Source of the DNA: Paraspadella gotoi
Taxonomy: Eukaryota > Animalia > Chaetognatha
Assembly: GCA_051294375.1 (NCBI GenBank)
Contig: CM119267.1
Coordinates: 813,601-877,600 of the forward strand
Direction: 5' to 3'
DNA length: 64,000 nucleotides
Made by a program: the position numbers and the translations under genes. Position 1 is the first letter of the stretch. Every line of letters starts with the position of its first letter. A model generated the notes under the pieces. It saw only the letters and a program-made list of their open reading frames with translations, made no database searches and was not told the origin of the DNA. Positions 45,221-57,600 of this stretch are shown here, piece after piece.

Positions 45221-47418
45221 CGAAAAAGTTTTTCTTGACGACGAATCTGACGCATTGAAGGATGTAGTTCCTCTCCTTTCGAATGTCCGGCGCCAAGAGT
45301 CTCTCCAGCAGAGTGGGGTCTCTACATCTACGCCTCGAGGTCAGTTGATACTTGATCTGTCCGTCGGTGAAGAGGCGCAGCTCCTCCGTCTCTAATTCTT
45401 CTTTCTTTTTCTTTTTCCTCTTTTTTTTCTTTTTAGGCGAAGATGATTTGGAAACGACGGAGATTTTCGCGGATTCGTCGTCGTCGTCGGCGCCAATTTT
45501 GGTTTTTTCGTCGTCGTTAACGTCGTCTTCATCGTCGCTGGAGGCGTAGTCGGCGACGAGGCCGCCCAAGTTTCCCATCGACGTTGGTTGACCGGCGTCT
45601 CCAGCGTCTCGATTCGCCAGTTCCTCGGAGGCTGCAGTGGGCGCGGTGGCTGAGGCGAACGTCTCTAATTCATCGAGCGAAGATTCGTCGCTGTCCGAAA
45701 TCAACTCGCGATCTACGATGAGAACAAAATACTTTTCAAAACAAGTTGTTATCGACGACGTTTAAATTACTATCCAATCCCAAATTTCCAAGCCCTACTT
45801 ATCAAGCCCCGCTTTCCAAGCCCTACTTTCCAAACCATGCTTTTCAAGCCCCGTTTTCCAAAGCCCTGCTTTCCAAAGCCGTATATTCAAAGCCGTTTTC
45901 CAATCCCTACTTAAAGCCCTACTTTCCAAGCCCTGTTTTCTATCCTTGCTATTCAAGCTCTACTTTTCTAACACTACTTTCCAAGCTCTGCTTTGCAAGC
46001 CCTACTTTGCAAACCCTACTTTGCAATCCCAACTTTCCAAGCCCTACTTTCCAAGCCCTGCTTAAAGCCTTAACTTAATTGAATCCTCACCGTCTTGAGC
46101 GAATCGATGTCCTCGGCCGCGTTGACCGCCTCGACCTCTGCTCGCCAAGGCGCGACCTCGTCCACGAGAATGTCCTCGATGTCCTGAAAACAAATTAGGG
46201 AATGATCAAACAAAAACTTAATTACATTTTTAAACTAATTTTAAGAAAAGAAACGCAATGAGAATGAATAAATCTACCATTCATCTGTCCGCCGCGCCCG
46301 CTCTTCAAAATCTTGCCAAAGAATTCGTTGTTCAACACGTTTCCTCTTTTCCTCTTCGCTCGTTTCTCCGCCTCCTTCTTCGCCACACGCGACGCCGTCG
46401 GGTAATTCCGCTTCCGTTCTTCGCGCCATCTCGCGATTTCTGACAAATGAATCAAAAGAGAACAAATGAACAAACAGAAACACAAACCAAAATGTGAATA
46501 CTAGATAGTTTCTATATAAGTATCAAGGGAGCATAATATTAAATATTAATTACTAAATATGAAACGCGACATGACGTGGCTTCAAGAATAAGAACTTTAT
46601 ATAAATTTTGCGGTAGTCAGTGAGTTTGGGTCTCCGACTTCTTGCGTCTAGCCCCCCCCCCCCAGGGAAGCGGAGGGTTTTCTTCAATTTTACTTATGCC
46701 GACTACTAGAGTTATGGGGGGTTTAGGGTTAGCTGTAGTTTAAGGGTCGTTTAAGGGTTAAGGGTTACTGGTTAGTGTTAAAGGGGTTTAAGGTTAAGGC
46801 AGTTAATTAATAATTTCTATTATTTGTTTTAAATAATAAAATATTTGTATATTGTTATTCAAAAAAAGCTCAAATCCCAGTCGTCGATAGTAAAATTGTA
46901 ATATTTTATGACTTACCCTCCGGCGACGTGACGTTCCAGACTTTCCCGGACTTACCAGACCAGACCAGACCAGACCAGACTTCCCAGACTTACCCTCCGG
47001 CGACGTGACGTTCCAGACTTTCCCGGCCAACCCGGTCATGTGCTGCGACTTGTAGTGATTGAGGACGAGTTTGGGATGCGCCTCGTAGGGGCATCCGTCG
47101 ACGCCGCAGACTTCGTGCTCGGTCACGTGGAGATCGAGATCCGCGGGTGAAGGAAAGGATCGATCGCAGTTTTTGCAGAGAGGAAGATCGGATGAGGATG
47201 AAGAGGAAGAGGAGGGGGTTTTATCAGGTAGAGAAACTGAAGGAGGGAAAAAGTGGTTTTTTTTTTTTTAAAAGGGGAAGTAAAAGAGAAAGCGGGAAAT
47301 GTGGGTCATTCTCACCAGAGGCCGACACGATGTAGTCTTTAATCCAATCGTCATCATCATCGTCTTCGTCACCGTCGCTGGCGCAGCCAAAAGTTTCCAG
47401 CGACGCGATGTCACCCAT
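45216..47418 (-). CDS. NUFIP1: Nuclear FMRP-interacting protein 1 (box C/D snoRNP assembly, Rsa1 homolog)
   Basis: Zinc fingers CKNCDRSF...H and CGVDGC...H, EIARWREERKRNYPT, C-terminal LLERLLAPDIRKERNYILQCVRFVVKKNFFD*; start codon uncertain. Confidence 0.85.
45780..46070. repeat. 14-bp degenerate tandem repeat (tttccaagccctac) in a NUFIP1 intron
   Basis: About 20 imperfect units. Confidence 0.85.
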
Positions 47419-49264
47419 TTTTCTTTTCAAGGATTTTCTCGGGTCATCGCGAAGTTGAGTGACCCAAGAGGAAGCGGCGAGACCCGGCGGGAGGGAGGAC
47501 GTCGTCGCGGGTCCGGCGCCGAGAGCCGAGATTCCGTCTCCGGCGCCGGAAGAAGTCGAGACGTGCGGAGCGAAAGGATTGAGTAGCGATTTTGTAAGAG
47601 TTTATCATGGATGAAAATAAGAACTGGCGAAACCAAAATAATTTCACGGGGTAACAGAAAAATGAACGAAATAATAAATAATAAATAAATAAATAATCAA
47701 ACCCAAAGAGTGACATTTTGAAAAATTTACTTTTAAAAATTTGATTTAATCTAATAATTAATTAATAATTATTAATAAAATAAAAACCGAGAAGAAAATA
47801 AAAAAGCGCCCGGATTTTTGATTAAGTAAAGATTCAGTAAAACTTCTGACATGAATATTATTAGGATGACTACTTTGCAACGCTCAAGAAATGTATTTTT
47901 TATTTCACTGAGATTTCTTATTAAAGCCGTTATATATGTGTTTTGTTCTAAAGACAAAACACTTGATTATCTTTAAAAAAAATGTTTACAAAAAGAAAAC
48001 ATTATATAACTATGAAAGTCGGAAAGCAGTTAGGTTTAAGTAAATGTAGAAGAGACGAAACCTTTAAAACTGATATAAGAAGATCGATGATCAAATATAG
48101 TACTATGAAGTTAACAGCAAATTTATGTAAAACTTCATCTAATTAGTCACTGGATCACTTATCCTTGAAAGTAAGTTATTATATTATTTTTTGTTAATTC
48201 ATTTCAATTTTGATAAAATAATAATATTTAGCAGGGTTACACAAGAGCAGCTAAAAAAAGGCTGTCACTATATTATGTTTGTATTGAGGCGTCAATAATT
48301 GTTGAAACTACAACTACACAGTAGATAGGGGATTCTCAAGTAGATAGGCCCAGAGATTAAAGGAATAAAATGGAATAAAAGCTTAAGTTAAGTAAAAGAT
48401 TTGACTGAACCATCCGCAATAAGGCCGACGGTAGTAGAGTTGGAAGTTAAATTTAGTTATAAAAACATGTTTAAACTCATCCTTATTCCTTATGCACTAC
48501 ACATATTTCAAATATAAAAGCTACAAAAGTAAAAAATTCATAGATGTGTTGTCAAAAAATTAAATAGTTTCACACAGGAATTTCCTTCAAGGACAATCCT
48601 ATTCTACAAAATTTTAGCTAAAAAGCAAAAGTCAAACAAGAATCAATAAAATGAATGATACCCATTATTACATAATATTACAGGCAGAAATTAAAGAGCC
48701 ACTTAATGAAATTCAAAGAGGTGAACATAAAAAAGGATAGATTTTTAAAGATCTTTTAGCGAGGGACAGTCGATAGAAACTTCAACTGACAAAAATTTCA
48801 TACATAAGTGCAAGAAAAACACTAATCTTAAAAAAATTAAGAAAATGAAAAATGGGTACATTTAAAGTTCAACATACAAAAGCTCGGCAATCATTTGTCA
48901 TAATTTTGTGCGCATGAGTAAAAATTTAACATGCTTTTCAATCATTTTTGATATATTGCTTGAGATCATGTACTAAGCATTCCAGAAAACACTTCAAAAA
49001 AGAATAATTTCTCCCTGGTATTACTTACACAGCGAGAATTAAGTTGGTGCTACGCATGCTGATAGCTGCATTCGATGATTCCCCCCAGTTCAAGGTCAGC
49101 TAGGCAATAAAACGTCGTCATTTTGACAAGCCAGCTGAATAAGCTTAATAAACCAGCTTGATAACGCACATTGACTGACCAGCCTAATACGCCAGTTCAA
49201 AAAGAGAGCTTAATATGTAAACCATTTTCATATTAATTAAAGCTCTACGCGCCAACTCCCGACT

Positions 49265-49741
49265 TCACTTTCGACACAAACAGCAAAGCTTCTCCAGCAA
49301 CGAAGGCTTTTCCGGGTTAATCGGCGTCGTTATCGACGCCTCCTTCCGGTTCTCCCTCTGTCTCTCCTCCATCTCCTTCTTCCTCTTTCTCTCCTCCTTC
49401 CTCCTCCTCCTCTTCTCAGCCTTTTTCCTCCTCTTCCTCTCCTCCTTTTCCTTGGCTTTTCGCTCTGCCCGATCGATGAGACGCGAGGGGGATCTGGAGG
49501 GCGACCGGCTGCAGACGGCGATGAGGCCGGGCCGCGCGGGCATGAAGCCAAACTCGGTCTCCTGCTGCGCAACCACTTCTTCCTCTTCCTCGGATTGCGC
49601 TGGGTCGGAGGAGGAAACGGAGGAGACGCTTTCGTCGTCCGAGTCGGTCGCCTCCGCGTTCGCCTCCGCCTTTTCCAAAACCGCCACCTTCGGAGCCTTC
49701 TCGTCCTCCTTGGGTCTCTCTTCCGCGGTAGCGGCGCTCAT
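49265..49741 (-). CDS. Uncharacterised acidic / K-E-R-rich 158-aa protein with a C-terminal Cys cluster
   Basis: GC-rich single ORF in AT-rich flanks with an ATG start; ends LLEKLCCLCRK*. Confidence 0.6.
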   Translation of the reverse strand: MSAATAEERPKEDEKAPKVAVLEKAEANAEATDSDDESVSSVSSSDPAQSEEEEEVVAQQETEFGFMPARPGLIAVCSRSPSRSPSRLIDRAERKAKEKEERKRRKKAEKRRRRKEERKRKKEMEERQRENRKEASITTPINPEKPSLLEKLCCLCRK

Positions 49742-50068
49742 CTTCGCTCAGTTTAAACGTTTTATTTATTTATTTTTTTTTGTGGTAAATTCCAACATGT
49801 TTTTTTTCTGAAATATATCACCGGTGCAAATCAACCCAAATTATTATTTAAATATATGAAAATACTACGACACCCGAGACATAAAAAAGATTTGACTAGT
49901 ATCAAGAAACCACCGTCACCCGTCCTTAGCCTTAGGCTAGAGTAAATAGTAAAATTTGATTTTTGCTACAGAGAAGTCAGACGCGAAACGTTAGCACATT
50001 GACTAATGACTATGCAAGTCCCTTTCGCGCGACTTTAGCACAATGACTTAGTAATTTAGCACAGTGAC

Positions 50069-52651
50069 TTAGTAATTCTCTATCACGCTTATATTCACAC
50101 TTGGATCGCTGCCATATTTACTGCCACTCCGGCTGGCAGTCCTTCCTCCTCTTTCACTCCCTATTTCACTTTCTCTCACATTCCTACTTTCACTCCTCAC
50201 GCTCCAATTTTCACTCCCAGATCCCACTTTTTTTCCTCCTCCATTTTCACTCCCATTTCCGCTTCTACTTTCGCTAGCACTACCGCCCACGGTTTCGGCC
50301 ACACTCTCCTTCCCTTTCCGACTTTTGCCAGTTCCGGTTCCGTCCGAGATTTTCATGCCGCCGCCGCCGCCGCCGCTGCTGCCGCCGCCGCTACCGCCGC
50401 TCTTATCCGCCGGAAACCCGCGTTGATTCATGTGCGGGCGGAGAATGAGCGTGCCATCGATCCAAGTGTCGGGTCGATCGAGCATCGCCTGCCACATGGA
50501 AATCTCCTCTCCCTTAGAATCCATCCACTCGACAGGGTGACCGTAAGATTCTCCCGTCCCGAGACACAATCGCAATCCGCCCAAAAAGTCGTTGGAACCG
50601 ATTTTTTCGAAATCCCAAATGGTGAGTTCCACGCTCCGTTCGCGCAGATCCTTCAAGGACAAATCCTGAAAAACGAAGGTGTGGTCCCAACGAGGATCGC
50701 AATTCTTCTTGATGAAGGTGGTCTTCTGCTTCCCCGCCTTGGATCTGTCAGGCAGCAGATAACATTTGCAGAAGGGATCGCTGTATCCGTTACCCTTGAC
50801 GCCGGCCAGATTGCGCGCCTCCTTTACGTGAACGGCGAGGGCGCCGCGACCAGAAGGGACGCCGCGTTTGCTAACGTTTCGTTCAGGAGAGACGAATAAA
50901 ACGGAAAGGACGAGGTCGCCTTTGTATGTCAGCGGAGACGGCATCATAGCGACGCTGCGGTCCTCCAGTACTCGATCAATAGGCTTCTTAGCTTGCTTGA
51001 GAGCAAGCTCGCCGACCTGATGACCTTCCAAGTTGATTTCTCCGAGGAAAGCGTTGCGGCCGAATCGATCGCTGTGATACACGGTGAGGTTGAGGCTGCG
51101 ATGCTCCAACTCGGAGAGGGTAACCGTGAATTGAAGGGTTTCGTTGAAGACAGGATTCAGAGTACCCTTTTTTCTTTTCGTCTTCTTCTTTCCGGCGCGC
51201 GATTTGTCCGGCAACAGATAAACCTTGACGTAAGGATCCGAAGTTGATTTTTTCTCATTGGCGATTCCCAGATTAGTGCAACGAATGATCTTGACGTCCA
51301 GACGATTGCTCTTGTATTCGTAGCTGATGGAGAAGTAGATAGTGCCCGAGACTTGCACGCCGGTGGTGGCCTCCCCGGCCTCGGAATAGATGCTGGTGGC
51401 CAGGGATTCCATGGAGGCCGTCAGACGAGAATTTGGCCTAAACGAGGGTTTGAACGAAGCCGAGGAAGTTGGTCGAGATTCGGGTTGAGGAGTCGGCGAT
51501 GAAAATTGGGATTGCGACTCTTCCTGGATCGGCGAAGGTGGCGGACGAGGCTCTGGGATTTTCGCGACTGACAAAGGACGAATCTCGATGTAATCTCCGA
51601 GCGGCGCCGGGGTGCGCATGGCCTCCCGCTCTTCGTCGCTTAACGAGGAAGGATCGTCGAGAATGATGGACATTTCCGATGTGGCGGCGATGGAATAGGC
51701 CGTGGTTGGCGCCAGGGAGACGTTGTCCGATGTCCGGGCGTTGATCTCTTCGTGAAACGGCATTCTCTCCAGTCCCTGGCGCAACGAGGATTCCTGAAGG
51801 GAGGAGGAAGCCGGATACGATGGACCCGAAGTGGTCTCGGTGGGCGACGGAGAACGCGGCGGAACGGCGGCGTCGCCCATTCGCGAGTAACCGAGCGAAG
51901 GCGTCTCGGATTCGGCGCGAAGGAGAGCGCGACTCTCATGAAGGATCCGGCGACTATCCCATCTTCCGTCGCCGTCGTCGAAGGCGGGGGTGGAGGCGCC
52001 GTGGAACCGAGCAGCGGAACCGGGAGAATTAACGAGAAGAGCGCGAACCAACTCTGGTCCTTTGCTTCGCCAGGAATCGCGAACGGCCCGGTTTTTGGAC
52101 TGCAAGTAAATCCATTCGCCCGTCTGTTTTTGAATGCTGATTCTCTTGTCGCAAAGAGTGCAGTGCCAATTGTTTTGCGTGATTGCCGAGGGGCCGAAGG
52201 CGGCGACGGAGGCGGAACGCCGTAGTTTCGGCGGCGAGCTTGGAACCTGACAATTTTTGCAGACCCTGATTTTGCATCGTTGACACGCGGTGCCGCGGTT
52301 GAGGAAAAGAGAAAAATTCGCGCCACAAACGCCGCAGACTCCGCGCCCGGAGTCCAGCGCAGTCATCAGACTCTGAGCGGATTTGTCCTTGAGGCGCTGG
52401 AACTCGGAACGAAGAAATCGAACTCTTTTCTCTTCCAATTCTTTGATTCGTGAATCCCGGTTGAGAACATCCGCGATCAAATCCCGTTCATCTTCCGTCA
52501 GCGTCTCCACCACGTGCGGCTCTTCCGCCAAAGATGGCGTGGCTCGCGAGGCGGGACGCGGCATCGTCGAGTTAGAGTAGGCGTCGCCGCGACCATTGAG
52601 AGAGTAGCCGTGGTGGATGACAGCCGCCGCAGAGGCGGACCGTCCCGCCAT
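50069..52651 (-). CDS. Synaptotagmin-like protein (SYTL4/5-type Rab27 effector), intronless
   Basis: Rab-binding SHD (LTEDERDLIADVLNRD...TGEWIY) with a Cys8 zinc finger; C2A (SDPYVKVYLLPDKSR...KKGTLNPVFNETL) and C2B (SDPFCKCYLLPD...ELTIWDFEKIGSNDFLGG); first ATG at 52651. Confidence 0.9.
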   Translation of the reverse strand: MAGRSASAAAVIHHGYSLNGRGDAYSNSTMPRPASRATPSLAEEPHVVETLTEDERDLIADVLNRDSRIKELEEKRVRFLRSEFQRLKDKSAQSLMTALDSGRGVCGVCGANFSLFLNRGTACQRCKIRVCKNCQVPSSPPKLRRSASVAAFGPSAITQNNWHCTLCDKRISIQKQTGEWIYLQSKNRAVRDSWRSKGPELVRALLVNSPGSAARFHGASTPAFDDGDGRWDSRRILHESRALLRAESETPSLGYSRMGDAAVPPRSPSPTETTSGPSYPASSSLQESSLRQGLERMPFHEEINARTSDNVSLAPTTAYSIAATSEMSIILDDPSSLSDEEREAMRTPAPLGDYIEIRPLSVAKIPEPRPPPSPIQEESQSQFSSPTPQPESRPTSSASFKPSFRPNSRLTASMESLATSIYSEAGEATTGVQVSGTIYFSISYEYKSNRLDVKIIRCTNLGIANEKKSTSDPYVKVYLLPDKSRAGKKKTKRKKGTLNPVFNETLQFTVTLSELEHRSLNLTVYHSDRFGRNAFLGEINLEGHQVGELALKQAKKPIDRVLEDRSVAMMPSPLTYKGDLVLSVLFVSPERNVSKRGVPSGRGALAVHVKEARNLAGVKGNGYSDPFCKCYLLPDRSKAGKQKTTFIKKNCDPRWDHTFVFQDLSLKDLRERSVELTIWDFEKIGSNDFLGGLRLCLGTGESYGHPVEWMDSKGEEISMWQAMLDRPDTWIDGTLILRPHMNQRGFPADKSGGSGGGSSGGGGGGMKISDGTGTGKSRKGKESVAETVGGSASESRSGNGSENGGGKKVGSGSENWSVRSESRNVRESEIGSERGGRTASRSGSKYGSDPSVNISVIENY

Positions 52652-53155
52652 TGTGCGTCGAGAATGGCGGTTGAGGATTTGAAGAAAAAGTTTCAAATAA
52701 AATGCGTCAGTCGAGCAACATAGTTTTTATGAGGAAGCTTCCGTGAGAGAGGCTTCAGGCTGGGTAAGAGCAATTGCTCGGAATGCCGGGTCGCAGTCGT
52801 CGTGATGGAGAAAAAGGCGCGGTCCTGAGTGTTGAGGAAGAAACTTGGGCTGAGCCCGAGATGTCCTTGAGTGTTTAGAGAGTGGAATAGCTGGATTCAA
52901 CGGAAAATCCAAAAAATAAAGTTTAATTTAGTTTTTCTTATCCATCGTCTAATTTTATTTTCATTTTATTTTCATTTTTAAATCATCTGAAGTTACTACA
53001 AATGTAAATAAATAATCAAAAATAAATATCAACGTTAAAGTGGACAATCACATTGCACAATAACATTCCCGATAGCGATAACATATTGGTTGTACCAATT
53101 TCATAAGAATCACAGAATAAGTTAACATGTCTCATTGTCCTTTCGAGCTCGTACA

Positions 53156-53506
53156 CTAATTTTTGAAAAACTTATCAAAGAGGAAATTAAGCAAAGACCT
53201 CAGATGACAAACGTTCATGAGAAAAGGGTTAGAAATGAAAGGCTCCAACGGAACCTCCTTTTCTCTCTCTAGCCGGACCAAGTCTTCCATCATTCGATTG
53301 ATTTCGCCGAGATGCGAAGCCACGGCCGCTCCAACAGAGTGTCTCGCCTCCAATTCCGGAGAGGAAAGGACTGAAACCGAGCGGGATTTCTCGACAGAGA
53401 GAGACACGAAACTCTTTGGCGCGGAAGAGGGAGATTCTGACTGGAGCGAAAGATCATCTCCGGACTTGGAAGTCTCGATCATCTCGTCCACAGTGAAAGG
53501 ATCATC
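53156..53506 (-). CDS. Probable exon of an unidentified Ser-rich protein
   Basis: GC-elevated open frame DEMIETSKSGDDLSLQSESP...INRMMEDLVRLEREKE after an AG; gene structure unresolved. Confidence 0.35.
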   Translation of the reverse strand, partial: DDPFTVDEMIETSKSGDDLSLQSESPSSAPKSFVSLSVEKSRSVSVLSSPELEARHSVGAAVASHLGEINRMMEDLVRLEREKEVPLEPFISNPFLMNVCHLRSLLNFLFDKFFKN

Positions 53507-54612
53507 TTTAGAACGTCGACAAAATATGGAGATTTAATTTAAAAAAAAAATTCGATCAAAATGCGAAATTTTACAATAAATCATTTTAACTTCCCACCCT
53601 TTTCATTAAATCTAACTGCTAATTAATAGGGGAAGTAAGTAGTTTTAAAATTCTATGTCTTTCTCATTTATTTATTTTTTGAAAGAGCAACGTAAATTTC
53701 AACTTTAGATTAGGTTAAGCTCGATTTTATATTTAATAGAAAACTATGCTAATTAAAAACATTAAGGATAGAAGGTCCGCTTCCTATCATCAACGGAATA
53801 TAAGTCTATTCCGTTGATGCTATTAGTAAAGCATCGCCCGTCTTAGTCATAAATCTATTCTGGTTAACAACACATTATGTACCGGCCAAATCGAGCAAGG
53901 AGCAAAAACAGAACCGCTCTTCTTTAATGATTGGCATCACGAATTTATGAGAAATTCAGGACTTTTTCCAACCAGCGGGAATTGCAATTAAGTCAAGCAT
54001 CGAATCGCGAGAGCGAGTCTCGTTCTGAACTTGGAAATGAGGAGCACTGAGCACTGAGCAGCGGATCTAATGATTACTATCCCGATTATACCGATTCTTT
54101 GAAAAGACTCGCAGAATCCATAATCATAATGTAACTGTAAGACAAAACACATCAAAGTACTACAACTTGTGATTCGAAACGAGTGAAAACTTTGAGAGGC
54201 GACTTTCCGCCATATACGATCTTTAACAATGCGTGCGGACATCTCGCCAATTATAGTTACAAATTTGCATAATTAAATAAAGTTTTGTCAACATTAAGCT
54301 TGAGCGCTAAGTCTATGTAAAATTAACCTAGAATTTGACTTTTACCATCTACAAACGCGCGCATCACATTTCATAAAGAACGCACTCATGCAAAAATATA
54401 AAACTTAACATGTAGTATGTACGTCTCAAAACTGATATCAAAGATTAATTCCAGATCACAGGCGGTTTTGAGTTTTGTAGTATAAAGATTTAACCAAGAA
54501 AATAAATGAGGTAGAACGTTCGAACTCCAAAAAAATCGCATCAAAAAGTAAAAATTAATGTTGGAAAGAATAAAACGAAAAACTAAAAGTTGATAAAAAA
54601 AAAACGCGGAAA

Positions 54613-57600
54613 TTATGATAGAGCCCGTACGAACGCCGCTCCCTCCTCCATAGTTTCCGAGACGGACACAATGTGTCCGGCCAGAGTAATCTTCGCTTCC
54701 TCCGCGGCGGCGGCGGAGGCAGCTTCAGCAGCAGCTTTGTCAACGGTTTCGTCGGCGTCGTCAGCGGCGTCCACATGAAGATCCGCTAAAGCCTCCATCG
54801 CCTCCACGATCCCCGCTTCCACCAAAGCGGCGTTTACATCGACGAGGTCGCCGCCGGACGCCGATCGAGCGAAGAGTCTCACCCGCGGCGTCGCGTCTTC
54901 CTCCAATCCTTCCACTATCGCCTCGATCCTCTTGTTCCTAATGAGTCCTTCCAAAACGAGGGCGTCTCTCTGGTTGTCCTCGGCTGACTTGGTCGTCGTC
55001 GTCGTCGTCGTCGTCGTCTCACTTGCCTGCCCCGCTCGGGCTGGCCGCACCCCGGCTAAGAAGCACTCGACCGCTTGGAAGGGCAAGGCCAAAAAGTCGG
55101 AGCGAATCGAGCGAAGGCTGACGAGAGGGAGGACGTCGAAGCCGCCGTAGTCGAGGTAGCGGACGCAGGCGGCGATGGGAGCGGCGGCGGCGTTGTCCGC
55201 CTCCTCCGTCCGAGACGGCGGCGAGAGAGTACGCACGAGCTGAGCGCGATACCAACCGCCGTGGTAAGGGGCGGCGCAGACGACGCTATCATTAACTGGA
55301 GACGGAAGTAACGGAGCCTGAGCCTGATTGTAGCAGGCGAGCATGCAGGCGTCGAGGCGTTGAAGGTCGGGAAAGGTCGGGTGAGAAGGAAGTTGGAGGA
55401 AGACGTGACAAGAAGATTCGATGGCGGAGACGACGACGGCGTTGGGGTTCTGCTCATCGAGGCGAACGAAATCGAAAGAAGGGAGAAAGGATTCCTGAAA
55501 AAGAATAAAGGATTCATTCGTTGAGAGAAATTACAAGCAATTGCAATCAATTGCAACAAATTGGCATTCCGTGTACCAGATTACCTGAGGCAACGGTACG
55601 TTGACCGGACTGAGATTAACCTCGGAATTCCTGTGTTTGGGAAATCTCTCCCGCACGAGGCGCAACAAATCTTGGACGTCGTCTTGATTGCCGACGACGG
55701 AAACGATTTGCACCTCGTCGCGGAATGGTTGCTTTCGAATGGTGGCCTTAATAGAGGATTTTAGGTCAATTAAGTCAAACTAAATATAACAAAACCGCCA
55801 AAAAATAAACTTTTGTAAAATTGCTTTAAAGTTAAATATAAAAAGGTCTAACCATAGTTCTCGTCTCTTCCATGAGCTGCTTCAAATTCCGCCCGTTTTT
55901 CCCGATGAGTCTTCCGCAGAGTTGAGACGGAAACTCGAACTCGTAGACGACGATAGAACCGTCGGCAGCGGCGGCTGCGGCGAAGGCGGCGGCCTCGCTG
56001 CTGCCGCGTCCGCTGTCGCCGGAGACGACGCTGCTGAGGTCGTTGCAGGGAGAAGTAGAAGGGAAGGGAGAGGCCGTTGGAGGGCGATACTGATTCATAT
56101 GGAGTCGCCAGTTGTCGGGATCGGGGGATTTCTGAAAAATTGAGATTAATTTGGAGGGAATTAACATTTAAAACGCTGCTTTTAGAAGCTTAAAACACTT
56201 CGTGTGACCGCTTCGTAACAGAGACACGTTTCTCTAACGGGGGGGTTTACTTCGATGTAAAAATGGATTTGAAAATACAAACCTAACCTCTTCCCCCTCC
56301 TCCTCCTCCTCCTCTCTCCAACTGTCTCTTTGAATTCGCTTCATCTTTCGATGTCGCGGGGACTCTTCGTTCCAACGAGGGCGTTGGACGGGCGAGACCC
56401 CGTGCCATCGAGGTCGCGGAAGGGGAGGCCAATGACCCGACGAAGATTCGGACCAGGAGGAGGAAGATCCGCATCTCTGCAGAGAACATCCGATTTTCTA
56501 TTAAAAAATTAACTAGTGATTTAAGGAAAAAATTGTGAAGTAAGTCACGAGGTGGTAAATTGAAAAAATGATATAGTGACGAAAAGATAAAGTGACGAAA
56601 AGATAAATTGACAAACTGATAAAGTGACGAAGTGATAAATTGTCAAACTGATAAAGTGACGATGTGATAAATTGACAAAATGATAAAGTGACGAAGTGAT
56701 AAGGTGACCAACTCAAGTGATGAAGTAAAAAGGGTGATTAGTAATCAAAGAAGTGATAAACTAGTCAACAAAAGAATGAATTGGCGAAATGACCAAGTGA
56801 TCGACTGCTCAACTGATTAATTCATTCAAACTCTAATCACAGCGCCAGACTCACCGTTAATTCACGTCCACCATCTCGCCTCCTCGACGCCTCCATCTCC
56901 TCCAACTGGTCGTCCATTTCCGCCCCGAACGCATGCTCCTCCGCCCAATCGCTGACACGCTGCTTCGCCTCCGCCATCTCCGCCTCCAACGCCTCAAGAG
57001 ACGGAGGCGAATCCCAAGTCTCGGAGGCGCCTCCGTCTAGGACTCCGTCGCCATCGAGGGTCAATGGTTGCTGTTGATGATGATGTTGAGAGAGAGCATC
57101 TTCGTCGGAAGATGATTCTTGGGGCGAAAGTAACATTGTAGTTTTTACAAAAATAAATTCGACTTTCAAATCAATGACATGTAAATGAATTATTAATCGA
57201 TATTTGTAAGAGATGATTATTTAATATGATCTTAAATGAGATTGAATCTGAATACTGAATACTGAACCTTTTGGTACCTAGTTATATGCTTATCTTATCT
57301 CAGGCAAACATACCCCCTTATATATTTTCATCGTTGCAACAAAAGAAGCCACACAGAAGCCACAAAAATCTATCTCTCTCTCTCTCTTTATTGGCTTCAA
57401 TGGTCTGACCAGAACAATAGAATCTCTAAAGAAAAGAAACATGAGGATATTCATTTGTCAAAAAGGATATCGAACGGAGACAAAAGAATGACCAAGACGA
57501 CTTATAATAGTAGGGATAATAGTAAGGATTTTGAAGGCGCAGAGAATACATAGAGAACTGAAAAGGAGCAGAGAGTCTGGCGTTTCAAATGCCCTCGCTT

